Assembly: GCF_006345805.1 (NCBI RefSeq)
Contig: NC_043003.1
Location: 35,712,001 to 35,776,000, forward strand
Length of the DNA: 64,000 nucleotides
Source: Octopus sinensis
Lineage: Eukaryota
Direction: 5' to 3'
The notes beneath the pieces were generated by a model. The model saw only the letters and a list, made by a program, of their open reading frames with translations, ran no database searches and was not told the origin of the DNA. Position numbers and translations under genes: made by a program. Positions 51,699-64,000 of this stretch are shown here, in pieces; positions within the stretch are counted from its first letter, which is position 1, and each line of letters begins with the position of its first letter.

Positions 51699-52044
51699 TG
51701 ACATGCATACATACATGTATACAAACGTTCCTACATAATGCATAAAACGCAATTTTATTTTCGTTATCTAAATTTCAACAATGGTACTTTCTATCTTTAT
51801 TAGCAACCGGCCCTTTCCTCAGATGCGGAATTTTAAAAATGAAACCCAAAGAAAACATGCATGCATATATACATATATACATACATACATACATACATAA
51901 ATACAGGCATGCAAACATACATACATAGATAAATACATACATACGCACAAACATACATACAATCTCTCACACTTATATACATGTATGTATACATTGGATT
52001 ATTTCGATTGCCACAATCTTCATGTTTCTTCTTAACGTTTGTTG

Positions 52045-52352
52045 TTGTTTGTTTGTTCCTTCTTGAGCCATGCCCGGCTCATTAGGACCAGTTTCCCGGT
52101 TTCCTTGGCGTATGGGTTCCCCACCTGGACGGGACACCGGACCGTCGCAGGTGAGCTGCAAGATGCAGGAGGAAAGAGTGAGAGAAAGTTGTGGCGAAAG
52201 TGTCAGCAGAAGTTCGCCATTACCTTCTGCCGGAGCCGCATGGAGCTTAGGTGTTTCGCTCATAAACACACACATCGCCCGGGCTGAGATTCAAACCCGT
52301 GATCCCTCGACCGCAAGTCCACTGCTCTAACCACTAGACCATGGGCCTCCAC
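52045..52352 (-). mobile_element. tRNA-derived SINE (family 3 head and body, different tail)
   Basis: Head on minus: gtggaggcccatggtctagtggttagagc...gggtttgaatctcagcccggg; shares gagagaaagttgtgg and ggagcttaggtgttt with 44845-45208. Confidence 0.85.
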
Positions 52353-54310
52353 TCTTCTTACCGTATTTATAAGGAATTTCTCGAGTTTTATCTAGGGTGC
52401 CCAACATAGACAAAAGTCCGCAAGTATCAGCACGTTAGCAATACTTCTGCTCAGTTTTATTTTTGCCTTCTAGTAAAGTGCTACCAGTAACAATATATCC
52501 AATATACTAACATCTATTCAATTCACAATGTTTATATATACATGAATGTGTGTACATGTGCATGTGTGTGTACCCGCGTGCGTATTATATTTGTATGTGC
52601 ATATGTGTAAATTAGTGAAAAACAGAGGCACACTATCAGCAGCTGCGTGTAGGCCTTATTAGATATGAGATGCTGTGGTGGATAATATACGTCTTGTTCT
52701 AACGTAGTCCGTTGACTAAACTGAATTGCTGCCATGTGAATGAAACAAAGTGTCACCCTTGTGCTTACACATAAGAAATTAGAAATATCACAATATCGTA
52801 TTACTCAAAATGAAAATGTTTTTAATCATATTAAAATAATGAAGTAAAGTCATCAAGAAATTATTGAAATTTGTTCTGAGAACCATCAAGCAAGTTGTTG
52901 GTTTTCGGTGTAACGTGATCACATGAATTCTCGTTCTTTAGCTTCTAATTAATTCCTATTGTTCAGATCTTTCCTTAGAGATATTCCAGGTATGACCGTT
53001 ATATATATTAAGAGTACCAAGATTCGAGTTGTATAAGTGCTATGATTTTGTCCAGCTAACATATAATTTCTCATTAGTTTACGTTACATGGTTTGATATG
53101 AAGTTGACTTGGTTGTTATTTCTTGAAGGTTAAGTGCCCGCCTTGGAGCTCCCTGGTTGGGTTATGTATTCAATAATGTAATAAGGAGTGAATCTCTACG
53201 ACGTTAATTATGAGAAGCCTAAAAGCTGTTTCCCTCATACTATTAGAATGCACTTGAGTTAAGACATTTATACAATCAAGCGTCAAGATTTATGTTATAA
53301 TAGTGCTGGATTTGAAATTAATATTCTCTGTTCTTTAAAATTATTTCATGGATATTAAGATCAAAAGCGTTCCACCCACTGTCATCGTATATACTAAATT
53401 ATATTTAGTATATACATGTATTTAATAAGAAAATGTATGATGTAAGAGATATTTAACTGCGATTTTTAGCAGTTTGTATAGACAGAATTTCTTTTCTTGG
53501 ATCTTGCTTAACCCAGTGGAGTTATGAGCTGCCCGATTTTATGCGAAAAACATCGGGTCACGCTTCAAACAGTCCGAAAAAAATTAACGTATTTCATGAT
53601 AAAACGACACGTGTACAGCTCGATGTAATTATGAAACCCTAAAATTCGCAGGCCCAGACAAAATCGAAAAATATTCTTTAAATACCAAGTGCCTGACGAA
53701 ATCCTTGCATTTATTAACAATTAAATCTATATATACTTCTCTTAAATTGGAAACTGATTAAAATTATAGCATTTCTAAAACCATAGTCGAAAAAGTCTTA
53801 TAGAAACCAGTCAATCTCAAATACACCTCCTCACCAATCGCTATCCTTGATTCCTACACTCCCCTCTTAGAATTAAAATACGTATTCAGAGCACTGCACA
53901 GTCCATCACACTGCCCGTGTATCTAATACAGAAAGTTTAGGAAAGCTTCAAGAACAAAAATTCATACTTCAACGATTTTCATTTCCATGGATATCAGAAA
54001 TGTTTTCGATTTTGTTTCCTTCTATCCGTTCATGCAACATATTCAAGACGCCTGAAGAAGCAACAGAAAATATATGTTCAGATGTGAAAAGGTAATTATT
54101 ATGGATGCATCAGTATGGGAGCATATGACTCAGTATAAATAATTATTTTAAAAGTATTCTTTCAAAATTTGGATGCCGTGGAGTTTATAGAGTGCATCCA
54201 CCAACTAACTACATATTACACTATTTACACAAACCAGAATACATGGTAAATAATGCTGAAAATCTCTAAAAGGCAAAAGCTAATTTCCCTAAAATTTATA
54301 TATATATATA

Positions 54311-55244
54311 TAAACCTCTTCGTCGAAACAAAACTCCGGAAGAAAACCAAAACTTTCAGGTAAGGGTCGGAATCTTACGCGAATTGTTGGAAAAGATCAC
54401 AAATTACAGCTCACAAAATTACTGCAGAGCTTAATGACCACCTCAAGAACCCAGTTTCCACAAAAACTGTTTGCCGGGAGCTGCACAAAGCCGGATTTAA
54501 CGGTGAGGTTGCAATCAGAAAACTTTCAAAAATAAACGTTGCAAAGCGTTTAGAATGGAATAGAAACCTACAGAACTGGTCCCTAGAGCAGTGGAAGAAT
54601 GATATTTTCTCGGACGGGTCATCATCCTGTACTTTATTTCCGACCACCGGCCAAGTATACGTGTGGAGATAGCCAAAAGAAGCATTTGACCTAGACTGCC
54701 TTCTTCCAACTGTTAAACATGGAGGAGGATCTGTGATGATCGGGGGGCGGCTATATCTTGGAAATCCGCCGGCCCAATGGTTCCCTTCATGGCAGAATTA
54801 ATAGTTAAGACTATTTAAGCATTTTATCTATCAAATACATCTTATGGTTGCGGAACTCTTTCCGAAGAGAAACGCAGCCTTTCAGGATGATAATGCACCA
54901 ATTCACACTGCAAAAGTTATTACAAAATGGCACGAGGAACATTCTAGTGAAGTTGAGCATATCTGGTTACCACTGTCCCCAGATCTCAATTATTGAACAT
55001 TTATAGTGCATTTTAGAAAAACAAGTAAGGAGTCGATATCCTCCACCATCATCACTACAGGAACTGGAGACTGCTTTAGCTGAAGAATGGACAAAAATAC
55101 CTTTGGAAACAACTCAAACTTTGTACGAATCCATACCTCGTAGAATTCAAGTTGTAATTACTACCAAAGACGGTCCTACCCCATATTAAAATAAAATTTG
55201 TTTGAAATTTTAAGGCGTTTCCTTTATTTTGTCCAACCCCTGTA
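54311..55244 (+). mobile_element. 5'-truncated Tc1-family (DD34E) transposon
   Basis: SGRKPKL...ITAELNDHL...IFSDG..., PTVKHGGGSVM, FQDDNAPIHTAK, WLPLSPDLN, RRIQVVITTKDGPTPY*; 3' TIR ttttgtccaacccctgTA. Confidence 0.9.
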
Positions 55245-55675
55245 TTTGTGCATAAACAGAATTGGATTTCCAATCTAAATATAACGATTCGATGCTGTTA
55301 ACAGATGTGGATTTTTTGCTTATATTGAAAACAGTTGAGAGTAGATTTATTTTGGTACTATGACCATATTTAGAACTTGTAAGACTGAAAAAGTCATTCA
55401 ACTGATACAATCTGGATTTCATTAACTATAACTACTTTTGTAAAACATACACAGGCGCGCGCGCACACTCGCCGCATACAGACACATACAAACACATATA
55501 TACGATAACCTAACAGACAAAAGATAAAATAATCTAGTAATCATGCAACAATAAGTACAACAGTACATACATGCACACAGAGACACACACATATACATAC
55601 ATGCATACATACATACATACATACATACATACATACATACATACATACATACATACATACTTACTTACATACAAT

Positions 55676-55856
55676 ATCTAGATATGCAACTATAATTATG
55701 AGAATACACACATAAAACAAAACATAAAAATCTGAACATATTCATACAAAAATACCCTGTCAATGTCATCGAAATTTCAATGAAGAAGTCTTGTATCTAG
55801 GATAGAAACCGGCTCTTTCACTATTGGCAAGAAATCTAGAAATAAAACTGAATAAT
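55676..55856 (+). mobile_element. Short 3' UTR copy of the R4/Dong-like family
   Basis: tctagatatgcaactata... plus the terminal module; flanked by (CATA)n and catgcatgtatg. Confidence 0.8.
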
Positions 55857-55877
55857 AACATGCATGTATGTATGTGT

Positions 55878-55918
<41 letters not shown>

Positions 55919-56013
55919 GAATTAAGAGAAAAGTTATATATATATATGTATATCTTTTCATTTTTCCAAAATTTTATTTTTTTCCATATTTACATAAAAG
56001 TCTCAATGAATGA

Positions 56014-56519
56014 AACAAATTAATTATATCTATATTGTATAGAGGGCATTATTACACATAAATGCCTCACACTAAGAGGGACAAAGTCATTACTACCAAA
56101 ATTACACTAATCATACCTAAATGCAGCTCTTCAAAGCAAGACATTTAAAAAATGAATTTAGTTCTGTATCACCGTGATTTCACATTTAACTTTCGTCTTA
56201 TGATCCTCAGCAGAACTGATTCTAAACACATCATAAATAAACCACCAACCTTACCTAGCGAAGACGAACAGACATCCATTCACTCCGGCCAAGCACATGG
56301 AATGTTTATAAATCATATATTCGGTAAATGGCGGGCTTTTTCGAACTGCATGTCGGATAAGACGTAAGTTAAATGTGAAATCACGGTGATACAGAACTAA
56401 ATTCATTTTTTAAATGTCTTGCTTTGAAGAGCTGCATTTAGGTATGATTAGTGTAATTTTGGTAGTAATGACTTTGTCCCTCTTAGTGTGAGGCATTTAT
56501 GTGTAATAATGCCCTCTAT

Positions 56520-56525
<6 letters not shown>
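56014..56525. mobile_element. Second locus of HHR family A with outward-facing inverted arms
   Basis: 56014-56356 matches ~1363-1706. The right arm 56357-56525 starts inside HHR helix II and ends at ctctatacaata(TA)n, the same end point as 2298. Confidence 0.85.
56160..56217 (-). ncRNA. Type-I hammerhead ribozyme motif, family A (intact)
   Basis: Minus strand: agttctg-CTGAGGA-t-cat-aa-gac-GAAA-gtt-aa-atg-t-GAA-atcac-g-gtgat-A-cagaact. Confidence 0.8.
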
Positions 56526-56566
<41 letters not shown>

Positions 56567-56587
56567 GTGTGTGTGTGTGTATATATA

Positions 56588-57550
56588 TAATAATAACAAA
56601 GGGTGAAATTAATTAAGAAGTAATCAGTAATTTCAACAAGTAGAATTGGGCATGAAAAGGACCATTTCATGGTAAGCTTCAGTAATACTTCATATTTAGG
56701 GCTCAGCAACGATTTGCTTCACCACATACCGAAGTTTAGAAATAGCAGTCAAAAAATCTTAGCTATTCCTTCTACTTTAAAGGGGGTTCCCAGAAAAACC
56801 AAAGCACTTGAAAACAAACCAGGCAGGCAAAAGGGAAAAACGACGAAAATCATTCTATATTAGTTTACCCACTGACGTACGTTTCGGAATTAGATCAGTA
56901 TAAAGCATAAATAATAAATAATCATACCTTACCCGACCATTTTCGGCTCTTCAGCGTGGGATTCCTCATTTATAAATTATTACATATTAAATTTGAAGGC
57001 ACTGGAAAATATCTCTTCACCTAACGGTATCAGAGAGATCATATTTCGTGCTAGTGCCGCCAAATTCAAAAAACGAATGAGAGTAAGTCATCCTCCATCG
57101 CCCACCAGCGTGTTGCCAAGCAAGATGCTACAGAGAGAAACTGTAGATTTTTTTTTATCTGGGAGAAAAATTCCATTATCAATAATAACAAAGGGAGAAA
57201 TTAATTAATTAAGAAGTAATCAGTAATTTCACCAAGTATAATTCGGCATGAAAAGGACCATTCCATGGTAAGCTTAAGTAATACTTTATAATTAGGGTTC
57301 AGCAACGATTTGCTTCACCACATACCGAAGTATGTGGGTAACCTAATATAGAATGATTTTCGTCGTTTTTACCTTTTGCCTGCGTGGTTTGTTTTCAAGT
57401 GCTTTGGTTTTTCTGGGAACCCCCTTTAAAGTAGAAGGAATAGCTAAGATTTTTTGACTGCTATTTTCAAACTTCGGTATATGATGAAACAAGTCGTTGC
57501 TGAACCCTGATTATAAAGTATTACTTAAGCTTACCATGAAATGGTCCTTA
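56588..57550. mobile_element. Penelope-type / retrozyme-like element, family E: 592-bp direct-repeat monomer plus inverted arm
   Basis: aataacaaaggg recurs at 56592 and 57184 (period 592). 57334-57550 is the reverse complement of ~56655-56872. (TA)n at both outer ends. Confidence 0.8.
56868..56960 (-). ncRNA. Hammerhead-like motif with long helix II insert, family E
   Basis: Minus strand: cccac-g-CTGAAGA-g(ccga-aaatgg-tcgg plus an AT-rich stretch)c-GAA-acgtacgt-C-a-gtggg. GUC triplet and palindromic helix III, but a G/A mismatch closes helix I. Confidence 0.55.
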
Positions 57551-57989
57551 TATATATATACACACGTACATATATATACGTATGTATGTATTCTGTACTT
57601 ACATGCACACATATAATGTTCAACCTTTTCTCTTATCTTTAACCATGATAAACTTCACTTGTCTACCTAAACGCTATTTCCACCGATTATTTTACGAGTG
57701 GATATAACTTATGTTTTTATTTTTACTTCGCAATGCACAATACAAAAGAATAGAAATTCACCGAAATTCAAAAATATGTTATCTTCCACATATGTTTAAG
57801 CTGTGTCACATAAATGTATCACACACATACCTAATACGTGCTTTTATGGCGATGAATACGCGTATGTGAAAAGCTATTTATCTATTTATAAGACTACGAG
57901 TGCATGCTTTTGCGCGCGTGTGAGAGAATCATAGTCACACAAACGCAAGTATGGTAGTACTAATGTTCTTTCAGTCACTTTCAACGTTC

Positions 57990-58014
57990 ATACATACGTC
58001 CCCATACATATATA

Positions 58015-58083
<69 letters not shown>

Positions 58084-58249
58084 TCATACATACATACATA
58101 CATGCGTACATACATACGTATGTACACACACATATATACATATACATACATATATTTGCATATATACATGCATATAGGTGTGTGTATATATATGCATATA
58201 TATATAGAGAGAGATATGTGTGTATCTATCTATTTATCTATCTATCTGC

Positions 58250-58293
<44 letters not shown>

Positions 58294-58307
58294 ATATATA
58301 TATGTAT

Positions 58308-58350
<43 letters not shown>

Positions 58351-58400
58351 CAAATATGTATGTGTGTATATATATATATACACCACACATACATACAATC
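57990..58400. repeat. Compound (TA)n/(CATA)n/(TCTA)n microsatellite
   Basis: Read directly. Confidence 0.95.
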
Positions 58401-59241
58401 ATTCACGTATGTGTGATGTCTGTGTGGTGCATGTGTGTGTGGGTGTGCGTGCGTATAATATGTGTATATGTGTCGTCTGCATATATTTATGAGTGATAGT
58501 AATAACTTTCTTGTATAGCACTTCGAAGTTCGACATTTCGTTGTTAACCATGCAGGTCAAACTAGGGGAGACAAGATATGAAGAAACGAATGCGCTGATA
58601 ACTTGATATTAGTTAATGTGCGGTTCTACTGCTCATGTGCTAGAACAAGAGAAATGCCCCCGGTAACTTCTGTTAGTGTCACCATTACCGAAAGTAATTC
58701 TAGCACTTTCTCAACAGAAATCGATACTTTTGCCTGTACAGAAAGTGTGAATTCTTTCCTCTCCTTCTTTCATTCCCATCTTTCTCTCTCTCTCTCTTTC
58801 CCTCTCTTTATTTCATTTTCTTTTCTTTTTATCTATTTCTTTTGCAAGTCACAAGATACGACAACTTCTGTGCGTCTTTCCTTTATAACGTTTCACACGT
58901 AAAAGAGACTTGAAGGATTCGTTTGATGAACGGGGCCTGAAAGAGCTTCCAGCTAACTAGTCAATGTGTTGGATTGGTTTGCTGAGAATAAGAATAAAGT
59001 TGGTGTGGAAAGAAACGGAATTGAGTAGAGTGGTGGTTGTATTGGTGGTGGTGGTTGTGGCGGTGTTTGACTAAGGTGTAACTAGTTGGTGAAATAACAG
59101 TTTCTTTACTCTGTGGTTTGGTTGGTTTGTGGCTGGCTGGTCGGCTGGTTCGTCGGACGGTTTCTCTGGTTGATTTAATAGAATAGCTATAATTGGAATT
59201 CCCCACTGGTACGTTAGCAGAAACAGCTAAAAGTATGATGG

Positions 59242-59249
<8 letters not shown>

Positions 59250-59273
<24 letters not shown>

Positions 59274-59287
59274 ACTACTACTACTAC

Positions 59288-59341
<54 letters not shown>

Positions 59342-59531
59342 TAATAATAATGGGCTCCACCTGCATGATAATGTGCTGTTTGTATTGATATGAAATTTCC
59401 ATGTCACGCACATATATGGGTATATATTACTACTTCTACTTCTACTACTAGTACTACAACTACTACAAATAATAATAATAATAATAATAGTAATAATAAT
59501 AATATTAATAATAATAATAATAGTAATAATG

Positions 59532-59628
<97 letters not shown>

Positions 59629-59640
59629 TGATGATGATAC
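59250..59640. repeat. (TAC)n/(TAA)n microsatellites
   Basis: Read directly. Confidence 0.95.
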
Positions 59641-59654
59641 TAACAAATCTTTAT

Positions 59655-60815
59655 ATTGATGTTTTCCAACATCCTAGTAAGATTCCCTCTTGGTTAGTTC
59701 ATGGTTTAATATTCCTACTTCCAAAAAGTGAAGAAACAAATGAACCAAAAAATTATCAACCCATAAACCGCTTAACAACAATGTATAAAACGCTAACACC
59801 TGTACTGACTGAATATACTTATAGATTTTTAATAGAAAGTATCATATTCCCTAATGAGTAAAAAGGATGTAAACGTGGATGTTATGGTTGTAAAGATCAG
59901 CTACTCATCAATAAGATGATCCTAGAAGATTGTCACAAACGACACAAAAACTTGTCAATAGCTTGGATAGACTATAAAAAAGTTTTTGATAGCCTACCAC
60001 ATAGCTGGATTAAGAAATGCCTGGAAATGTATAAAATAGCTCCTACTCTGAGAAACATTTTGTCTGTAAGTATGAGATCATGGAGAACCACACTGACTTT
60101 GAACAGTGACAGTGAATCTGTAAATGCTGGAGATGTAAGAATTTCATGTGTCATTTTTCAGGGTGACTCATAATCACCACTCCTCTTTTGTTTAGCCTTA
60201 ATACCTCTCTCAAAATTACTCAATGATGCATAGTACGGTTATAATATGTTTGATAAAATATAAATCATCTCATTTACATGGATGATTTAAAGCTATTTCC
60301 AAAAAATGCCCAACAACTCAAAAGTTTAGTAGAGATATTTAAACAATTCAGTGATGATATCAGGATGCAATTTGGCCTCGATAAATGTGCCAAAGCTACC
60401 GTTATCTAACGAAAATTGAGAGAAACATCTAACGTTAACCTTGACCAGTAGAATGTCATAAAAGTGTTAGAACCAGCGGAGAGCTATAAATATCTAGGGG
60501 ACGGAATGAAACATGCAGTGATGAAGGAAAGGATCAGAAGAAAATGTTATCGCAGGGTGAGCGCAATACTGAATACAGAGCTGAATGCAAGAAACAGGAT
60601 GGAAGCAATCAATGCTTTAGCCATACCAGTCGTGACTTACAGTTTCAATATCAGTAACTGGTCAATTAATGAAATATGTAATCGTGACAGAAAAATACGA
60701 AAACTGTTGACAATGCATAGAATGCACCACCCTAAGGCAGATATAGAACGACTTTATCTGCCAAGGAAAAAGGGAGACCGTGGACTTTTACAACTAGCAC
60801 TAACAATGAAGATTG
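59655..60815 (+). mobile_element. RT domain of an R4/Dong-like LINE, truncated at both ends and pseudogenised
   Basis: [96 protein letters not shown]; several stops and frameshifts. Confidence 0.9.
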
Positions 60816-60899
60816 TCCCAATTGGTACTCAGTGTATGGAAGTTTTCTTTCGAAATGAGAGGCAAAAAAGACACACCATTAACCCGTGTGTACTTTTAC

Positions 60900-61286
60900 T
60901 TTTCTTCTTTTATTTGTTTCATTCACTCGACTGCAACCATGCTGGGGTACCGCCATGAAGGGCCATACTGGGGCACCACCATGATGGGTTGAACAAATCA
61001 GTCTCAGTTCTTATTTTCTAAAGTCTGGTGCATATTTGACCGGTCTCGTTTCCCGAATCGCTTTGATATGAGACCTTAAACTAACCGACACTGATTAACA
61101 ATGTGGATAAGCACAACCACCAAGACACACACACACACACACGTCTCCCCTTCTCCCTCTCTCTCTCTCTCTCTCTCTAATATATATATATATATACATA
61201 TAATAACAATAACATCAACAACAACAACAACAATAATAATAATAATAACAAAAACAACAACAACAACAACAACAACAATAATAATA

Positions 61287-61339
<53 letters not shown>

Positions 61340-61533
61340 TTAATAATAATGAAATACACTATACGCACACATGATGTGCTTCTTTTAGTTTCTCATTACG
61401 AAATCCATTCACGTAGTTTTGGTTTCCCCGATCCCAGTGACAAAAACAGTTGCTAAGGTGCCACGCAGCAGCATTGAACCCTAAGCCATGCGTTTGAGAA
61501 GCAATCTTCTTATCACACCGCTTTGTCAGCGCC
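60900..61533 (-). mobile_element. tRNA-derived SINE (family 2) split by internal microsatellite expansions
   Basis: gtttcattcactcgactgcaaccatgctgg tail; aaggtgccacgcagc...ttgaaccc...gcgcc head. Confidence 0.75.
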
Positions 61534-61939
61534 TGTGTCTGAAGAATTTATCGTCATCATATCTATATAGCTCGCGGTTTTACCAATATGGCAAACCACA
61601 ATGCGAAACCAACTTCAGGTCAGTGAATTTCGAAGGCCCTGGTAGAAGAACTCGGGAACGTAATCAATCACTGATCGTTCAACCGTGAGAAGAATTGGTA
61701 ACTTTATGGAAATATTAGTGCTGATTACACTTGAATATCTTGTAAAATTTCCGAACGATTTCACATTCAAGGGTTCAGAAATATGGCAATGTTAGGGAAT
61801 AAAATCCCAAGAAGTTTCAGTTTCATTGGCGAACACATCTTCGGGGCCTCTGTTGGCATCTAAAGTAGCGAAGTAATAACTTCGCTACAACAAACACTAA
61901 GAACTGCAACCATGTCGTCGTCGTCGTCGTCGTCAATTC

Positions 61940-61977
<38 letters not shown>

Positions 61978-63399
61978 GTTCTCCTCATCCTGTACCTCAT
62001 TATCATTACCAACAACATCACCAGCAGCAGTGAAAACAAAAACAGCTATCAATCATCGGCAACAATGCCATCTACTCTTATAGCTACTTTAAAGCATGTA
62101 ATAACTACATTAACGAAAATGCAGAGACTACAGATAATCAATCTTTATGGAAAACATATTCAACAGCATTTTCTACAATGTTCACGAGAAAGTGGACTCC
62201 TTCAAACATCACAAACCTTGAAATTTCCATGGAGATACCATTGCATTCTCCGTTCTCAGGGAGTCGGGTGAAAAGACAACCAAGCCTATATGTTCGATAC
62301 TTGAGACCCGAGTTGAAATTTGGCTGATTTAAATCATAGTCCTGTCAGGTGAAAATCAGCAGAAATAAGAGTTTCAACAAAAAGTATAATGTAATCAGCA
62401 TCATCAGCAACTACCTCAACACGAACAGCAAATCCAACAATATCCAAAGAACACCAACAACAGGAACAATGCATAAAATAACAATAAATTCCAATGATTA
62501 TTGTTACAGTAGAAACCGTGAACATTTACTAAACTCCTCAATTTTGCTATTTCATAAAATTAGAAACACAACAAAATAAGCAGAAGCAAAAGAAAGCAGA
62601 TGTCTGGTAGACAGATCAAAAAGTGAAAATGACACACACGTTGATGTGACAACATAACACAAATAATTTCAAAAACTATCACCAACACCGAATGATCGGA
62701 AAAGCATTTAAAACTATTCCAGTTGCCATAATTTTGTAGGCGCCAAAATTTTAAAGGAGAGAATAAAAAATGATATGAACTGTATCCCAAAACGAGCCAC
62801 ATGAACAGTTAGGTAAACGGCTTGCTACCACTCTTATCGGATGTAAAATTATCAGTGACTCAGCGAGATGTTAACGTCTCTCAATAAATTATAATGTTTC
62901 CAAATATTTGGTAGCGAGTAAATGTTTACATGCGTCAAGTGGACTTAAACTAGAGCCGGTTCTCCAGAATATCTCAATGGGTTTCTTTATTTTACTGATA
63001 GTGACAGCAGACGATATTAAGAATTCAGATCGTTGACTGCACAGACCACAAGTGTATTGATACACAAGTTAAGACTAGATTATATAGAGGGAAACCCGGT
63101 CAATTTGAAGCTTATATGCCGTTTCTGATGCGAAAATGCTTCTGAAACTGGTTGGTGCGTTTCTTATACAATATTTGAGTGGGATTTTAAAAATTTAGTT
63201 TCAAATAGTTGTTATAAAAAGGATGATGATAATAATAAGTAAATAAATAAATAAATATTCACATTATTTTGAAGCATTTCGTGACCAATTCTTAAAATAG
63301 TTGTCACGTATATTCCATCTGCTTTAATGCAAGAAAAGAATGTGTTAAGCGTCTCTTATACATTTTACTATAAATTGCCATATCCTCAAAGCCACGTTT

Positions 63400-64000
63400 T
63401 TGATGGCACAAAGAATCTATACAATCAGCCGTTCATAAAGTCCCATGAACTGCGTTATACAAACCAACAACTGACAAAATCAATAAACGACGAATTAATA
63501 AAATTGGTAAGAATGTAGCAAAAGAAGCTCATATTGTTGAACGCCCCAAACTTCATTTAAACTTGATGAATCAAACTCTACCGAAAGCTTACTTTTATAG
63601 TAGCTTCGGTTTACAGGCGAAGACATCTGGCATGTAACTAAAGGACATGTGCATTGAAGAAGATTTTAATAAGAAAAAGTGTTCGTATAAATTTAATAAT
63701 AGAGACAAAAATAAGGCCTGTCTTACCACCGTGGATAGATTGTTCATTTAAAAATATGCAGTACCAAATTTAGTCCTGGAGCTTTGTGTAGTTCATCAGT
63801 AATACTTTGTTGCAAAGAAAATCTTGCTATTTTACACTAAAACGCACTCGATGTTGAAAGACGCCTGTCTGAGTTGATTTTATATACTCTTTCAAACAGG
63901 ATTTAAACTCTTTGAAAACAAAAATGTTTTCCAGCGAAGCAACTTGAAAGCAAATATCTCAGATTATATTTGAAGTTCAAATATAATTTCAAGTTCAATG
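63400..64000 (+). mobile_element. Possible degenerate hAT transposase fragment
   Basis: Fragments FKLDESN, TGEDIW and LCVVHQ*YFVAK resemble the hAT LDESTD, TTGEDI and HCIIHQxxLxAK motifs; heavily disrupted. Confidence 0.3.

Noticed and set aside
58603-58760. Cadherin-like VTSVSVTITESNSSTF
   Set aside because: It lacks the DxNDNxPxF and other calcium-binding motifs; chance resemblance.

Overview
This is AT-rich, repeat-saturated animal genomic DNA. Its SINE families and microsatellite density point to a coleoid cephalopod, most likely an octopus; that is my inference, not a database result. I can support no intact protein-coding gene, rRNA, genuine tRNA gene or CRISPR array, and almost every long ORF in the track is a translated microsatellite. 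The window is a mosaic of decayed transposons: R4/Dong-like restriction-endonuclease LINEs, RT-deleted Tx1/L1-like and CR1-like LINEs, a Penelope GIY-YIG remnant, mariner/Tc1 elements, MITEs and several tRNA-derived SINE families. The standout signal is a set of short non-coding repeats carrying type-I hammerhead ribozyme (HHR) folds: four well-formed folds (A-D; A and B are homologous subfamilies) plus three variant or degenerate ones. They sit as outward-pointing inverted arms, several ending at (TA)n-type microsatellites, and some form ORF-less tandem monomers of 478, 479 and 592 bp. The A and B stems show compensatory base changes, four folds have a non-canonical U-U or A-A pair at 10.1/11.1, and helix III loops of 0-2 nt imply dimeric cleavage. 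This looks like a Penelope pseudo-LTR or retrozyme-like system.
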